A stretch of 64,000 bases of DNA from Spirochaetia bacterium (GTDB lineage Bacteria; Spirochaetota; Spirochaetia; DSM-2461), in NCBI GenBank assembly GCA_963666985.2, contig CAXXIA010000002.1, positions 896,001 through 960,000 on the forward strand. Direction: 5' to 3'. A program made the position numbers and the translations under genes. The notes beneath the pieces were generated by a model that saw only the letters and a program-made list of their open reading frames with translations, was not told the DNA's origin and did not search any database. Below, one piece after another: positions 60,356 through 64,000 of this stretch. Every line of letters begins with the position of its first letter. The stretch's first letter is position 1.

Positions 60356-63349
60356 TCAACAAGTTTCTTCACCTTCGGGAGAAATGCTGTACTTTTCGGG
60401 AAGATTCATGCTCCGCAGAAACTCATTCACCTCTTTTTTCAGTTCAATCATCTTTTCTTCCCTTCCGACGGTTAATTTGTTGAAGAGTTCCAATTCTTCC
60501 AATTGCGCCTTCAGGATTTCTTCATCGGCTTTTCTCTGCGTGATATCCCGTATCTGATACTGAGTCAGAGTTCGATCGAGATAGTTCCGTGAGCTGAACG
60601 TAATTTCAACGGGGAAACTTTTTCCATTCTTCTTCAGAGCCGATATTTCAATGCTTTCGAAGGTGTTCCACCCTTTCTCCCTATTCGCGGGAGTTAATGA
60701 TTCCCGAACGGGTTTTTGGGGAAGCGGACAGCAGAAGAGCATTTCAAGCGGACCGCCGATCAGCTCGGATCTCTCATATCCGAAAAGAAGTTCGGTTCTA
60801 TGGTTGATTTGAATAATCCTGCGCTCATTATCGACAATCAAAAGGCTGTCGGGCGCCGTTTCAATCAGGGCTTCCAGCTGTTCTTCGTGTTCCTTTATTT
60901 TTCGATGAGCGATTTTTCGTTCCGTGATATCCTGGGCATACTCAATCATCCGGACAACTTCACCCTCTTCGTTCAAAACAGGATAACCGTACACTTCAAA
61001 AAAGATTTCATTCCCTTCTTTATCCGTAGACACATGTTCCACAATCACCGGTTTCTTCGTGCGAAGAACTTCCCGTATCGGACATGGAGTCTCTTTCGTA
61101 TCACAAGGCTTATTCCGGTAACGGATAAACTCATAACAGAGATTCGTGTTCTCCGCTCCCCATTCTTCGGCCGCTTTGTTGGCCAGAACAACTTCATAGG
61201 TTGCCGTATCCACAACAAAAAACGGCTGCGTGAGTGCCGTCAGCGTGTTTTCCAAGTCTTCTTTGGCATGCGACAGTTCGGCCGTTCGCTCCTCAACGCG
61301 CGTTTCCAGCTCGGCATTGTCGGCATGCAGGGCATCTATGGCCTTTCCGCTGATATAAAGGCTCATCAAGGTGATTCCGCCCGCCAAAATCACGGCAAAA
61401 AGGATTTCCGGAATTATAATGCCCAAGATTTTTCGGTATTGAGTCATGGCCTGATCCACGGGGATTTCCGTTGCCAAACCGTAATTAAAACTTTTATTCC
61501 AGAGCCAGGAGCCGAAGACGGGAATCCCCATGTAGTTCTTATACCCTTCCATGGAATAGCCGGAATTTCCCCGTAAGGCGCTTTGGGCCATTCTGGTCAG
61601 CTCGCCTTTTCCCGTACCGGAGGGAAGAGTCTCCGCTTCAAGAAGATTCACTCCCGGATTGCGGATTTCCACCTGGAGGGCTCCTCCGGTTCCGGGTTCA
61701 ATCAGTCCCAAAGTCTCAAGACGATCGGCATAGCGGCTTTTCGTAACAAGAATCCCTTCTCTGCTGAATGAATACGTTTCACCCGAAATCGCGAAATTGA
61801 AATCTTCGGTTATGGCGCTGGCTGTTTTCATGGGATCGAAAGATGAGGCCAGTACGGCAATGATTTCACCTTCTTCATCGGGGCAGGGAACCAGAAAAAA
61901 TCCTCTGGGAATCAATGTTCCGTCGGGGCCGGGAACACTCATCGGGGTGAGGAACTGAGAAGAACCTTCAAACACTTGAGAAATCAGTGTTTGATTTCGC
62001 CGGATAAAATCCGGACGGCTTCCCACATAGCCCGCGGTATTGGAAGCGATAATGTCGAGATTTCCGTCGATAAGGCAGTAAATGGCTTGTTTGCCCCAGG
62101 GGAAGGAATCGGAAAAATATTCTTCCAAAACCGAACGATTGATTTGATCGCCGTCCTCATTCCGAAGAAGATTCAGCACCAGTACTCCGAAGTGCGGGTT
62201 TTTTGCGTTTTCCGAGAGTATCTGAAGGTTAAATCCGATCATCGTTGAAAGAGAGCCGTCGGCATTTTTCAGAACCAATTCCATGGACAATCGTCCGCTT
62301 TCCTTTACCTCCCGCTGAATTTTCTTCAGAGACAGAACGGAGATGACGGCAACCATTCCGATGTAGAGAATCAGGGAAACAATGAAAATAATCCGGATTC
62401 TGCGCCATCCGATTTTTCGAATATTGATGTTGAGGTGCTTTAGTATAAAGATACTGCCGAGATAAAGGAGTGTTATTCCTAAAATCACCACGGTAAGGAT
62501 TTGATAGAATTCAAGACCGGAGGACTCCGGCTGAATTTCCTCAACCGCGCCCTGCGACAGCCATGTGCCGCGTATTCTCGCCAGCTCTTCGGGAGGAAAC
62601 GCATCCATGGCCTTTTGAAGGCATCCGGCAAGCAGGGGCCAGTCGTTTCGCACGCCGAAGCGGAACTCCTGCTGTGACGGATCGATTTTCGATATGCCGC
62701 CCGATATGGATAAATTGGAAAGAAAAAACTCGCGAATGAGGAATTGCACCAAAGGCTGAGGGGCCAGAGCCGCATCCGCTTCTCCGGAACCGACGGCGAA
62801 AATGGAATTCGTAAAATCCTTATATGCCTTGGCATGGATTTCCGGATATTCGGTTTCCAAGAGACTCTGCAAAACGGTCTGATCCGGCACGGAGACGGTT
62901 TTCCCCCGAAGCTCTTCCAGATCGGCGTAGCTTTCATCGGTTCGGCTGACAATCACATAAATGTTTTGAAAATAGGGTTCGGTAAAGTCAAGATATGCGG
63001 AACGCTCTTCCGTTTGAGCCAGCGACATAAGAACATCGATTCGGCGTTCCCGGGCCATACCGAGAAACTCCCCGAAAGACGGTCCGGTAACGTATTCGAT
63101 TTTAACGCCGAGCATTCGGCCGATTGCATTCATGTACTCGACGCTGAATCCTTCCGGAGTCTCATTGACATAAAAATCAAACGGAATCCAGTTTTTCTGA
63201 TTCGCGACTCGAATGGTTTTATGTTCTTTCAGCCATTGGCGTTCTTCTTTAGTTAAATCAACCGAAGTCTTCGCGGCCGAGACCCGGCCGGCGATGCAGA
63301 GAAAGCTTATTAACAGCAGGATCCATTGACGCACGGCAGCTCGGTTCAT
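60356..63349 (-). CDS. Paralogous membrane sensor (PBPb + Cache-like + 2 PAS) with no output domain
   Basis: Colinear with 57370-60345; LTKEERQWL, LDFTEPY, YKNYMGIPVFG, tail [14 protein letters not shown]. Confidence 0.87.
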   Translation of the reverse strand: MNRAAVRQWILLLISFLCIAGRVSAAKTSVDLTKEERQWLKEHKTIRVANQKNWIPFDFYVNETPEGFSVEYMNAIGRMLGVKIEYVTGPSFGEFLGMARERRIDVLMSLAQTEERSAYLDFTEPYFQNIYVIVSRTDESYADLEELRGKTVSVPDQTVLQSLLETEYPEIHAKAYKDFTNSIFAVGSGEADAALAPQPLVQFLIREFFLSNLSISGGISKIDPSQQEFRFGVRNDWPLLAGCLQKAMDAFPPEELARIRGTWLSQGAVEEIQPESSGLEFYQILTVVILGITLLYLGSIFILKHLNINIRKIGWRRIRIIFIVSLILYIGMVAVISVLSLKKIQREVKESGRLSMELVLKNADGSLSTMIGFNLQILSENAKNPHFGVLVLNLLRNEDGDQINRSVLEEYFSDSFPWGKQAIYCLIDGNLDIIASNTAGYVGSRPDFIRRNQTLISQVFEGSSQFLTPMSVPGPDGTLIPRGFFLVPCPDEEGEIIAVLASSFDPMKTASAITEDFNFAISGETYSFSREGILVTKSRYADRLETLGLIEPGTGGALQVEIRNPGVNLLEAETLPSGTGKGELTRMAQSALRGNSGYSMEGYKNYMGIPVFGSWLWNKSFNYGLATEIPVDQAMTQYRKILGIIIPEILFAVILAGGITLMSLYISGKAIDALHADNAELETRVEERTAELSHAKEDLENTLTALTQPFFVVDTATYEVVLANKAAEEWGAENTNLCYEFIRYRNKPCDTKETPCPIREVLRTKKPVIVEHVSTDKEGNEIFFEVYGYPVLNEEGEVVRMIEYAQDITERKIAHRKIKEHEEQLEALIETAPDSLLIVDNERRIIQINHRTELLFGYERSELIGGPLEMLFCCPLPQKPVRESLTPANREKGWNTFESIEISALKKNGKSFPVEITFSSRNYLDRTLTQYQIRDITQRKADEEILKAQLEELELFNKLTVGREEKMIELKKEVNEFLRSMNLPEKYSISPEGEETC

Positions 63350-63490
63350 GAAAACAGCCTCTATACTTTTAATTATGAGATTAATTGAGTTTTCAAAATG
63401 CCGCGAAAAAACATAAATTTCTTTTTCTTCACAGAAACTCTAAAAAAACAACGGGAGAAGTTGCTCATGCGGAAGGGATTGCAGCGGAAA

Positions 63491-63784
63491 CGTCCTCCCG
63501 GCGTCCGGCGGAGCGGAGTAAGCCGGAAAAAAACGCCGGGAGAAGGACGCTGCAGCGAAAAGCCCGGTTCCTAAAAAGCCACGTAAAAGCCACGCCGCCC
63601 GGAAAAATGTCCGGGAGGGGTGACGGGAAGATAACGCGAGGGAGGAAATTCGGCCGGCCCCGGCGGAGGGATTAAGCCTGCCGCGCTCGGACGGCGTAAA
63701 GGAATCGAACCTGCGGTGAAGATTTGCGGACGGCCGAAAAGAGATGGTCCGGAACCGGGCGGCGGCTTTGCGGCTTTTTAGGAA
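63491..63784. repeat. Structured GC-rich intergenic element with long imperfect inverted repeats
   Basis: TTCCTAAAAAGCC...CGCCGCCCGG (63568-63602) pairs with CCGGGCGGCG...GGCTTTTTAGGAA (63755-63784); additional hairpin at 63491-63549. Confidence 0.6.
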
Positions 63785-63863
63785 TCCGCCCAATCAAATC
63801 GAACACAATGAAGAGGAAGAGGTTCCCTGATACGGGAAAGTCCCAATTCGGCTGTTTCGATTT

Positions 63864-64000
63864 TCAGAGGTTTTTGGACACGCGGACGATTTTCATGGCG
63901 GTGCAGAGAACCTTGTCGCCGATGTCGAACCGTTCGGTCGGATGGGTTTGGATTTTCAGTTCTCCCGCCGGTGTTTTCACAATGTATAGGAAATGCGCGC
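63864..64000 (-). CDS. 3' end of a gene cut by the window edge, possibly the TOBE domain of an ABC ATPase
   Basis: Open frame AHFLYIVKTPAGELKIQTHPTERFDIGDKVLCTAMKIVRVSKNL* ending at 63864. Confidence 0.45.
   Translation of the reverse strand, partial: AHFLYIVKTPAGELKIQTHPTERFDIGDKVLCTAMKIVRVSKNL

Noticed and set aside
63685..63745. tRNA-like T-loop GCAGGTTCGATTCCT preceded by GCAAATC on the - strand
   Set aside because: Only 3 bp of T-stem pair and there is no D-arm or acceptor stem, so it is not a tRNA
1..64000. CRISPR arrays, IS elements, prophage, defence systems, rRNA
   Set aside because: No repeat-spacer array or transposase, integrase, phage, nuclease or rRNA signature was found

Overview
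A gene-dense 64 kb stretch of bacterial chromosome with no rRNA, complete tRNA, CRISPR array, IS transposase or prophage. The 'FA(A/G)G-x-x-E/D' signal peptides of the solute-binding proteins suggest a free-living spirochaete (inference). Left to right: (1) DEAD-box helicase and aldehyde dehydrogenase. (2) A nickel island (3.4-16 kb): larB/larE/larC, a TsaA(TrmO)-FmdE fusion, and two mirror-image FecCD/BtuCDF-type ABC importers around a DeoR regulator and a degenerate NikR; no larA is present. (3) A LacI-controlled sugar locus (16-29 kb): HldE-like kinase-HAD fusion, unknown protein, AGE epimerase, glucose-type ABC transporter, ROK kinase, GmhA-like isomerase, plus IolE-like and Gfo/Idh/MocA enzymes. 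It could be an undescribed heptose or rare-sugar catabolic route. About 8 insertion-type frameshifts at 20.3-22.4 kb look like read errors. (4) A histidine kinase/NtrC pair with a sigma54 promoter driving a small Cys-repeat protein and glutamate dehydrogenase. (5) MalT-like regulator and radical SAM gene; corA with a candidate leader peptide; liv-type ABC transporter; small acidic protein next to an ATP-grasp/M20 fusion; degP; acyl-CoA ligase; MATE/MarR. (6) A phosphorelay with two paralogous ~1000-aa sensors that lack output domains, a sensor-less hybrid kinase, a receiver protein and a REC-HD-GYP protein. All calls come from motif recognition by eye; no searches were run.
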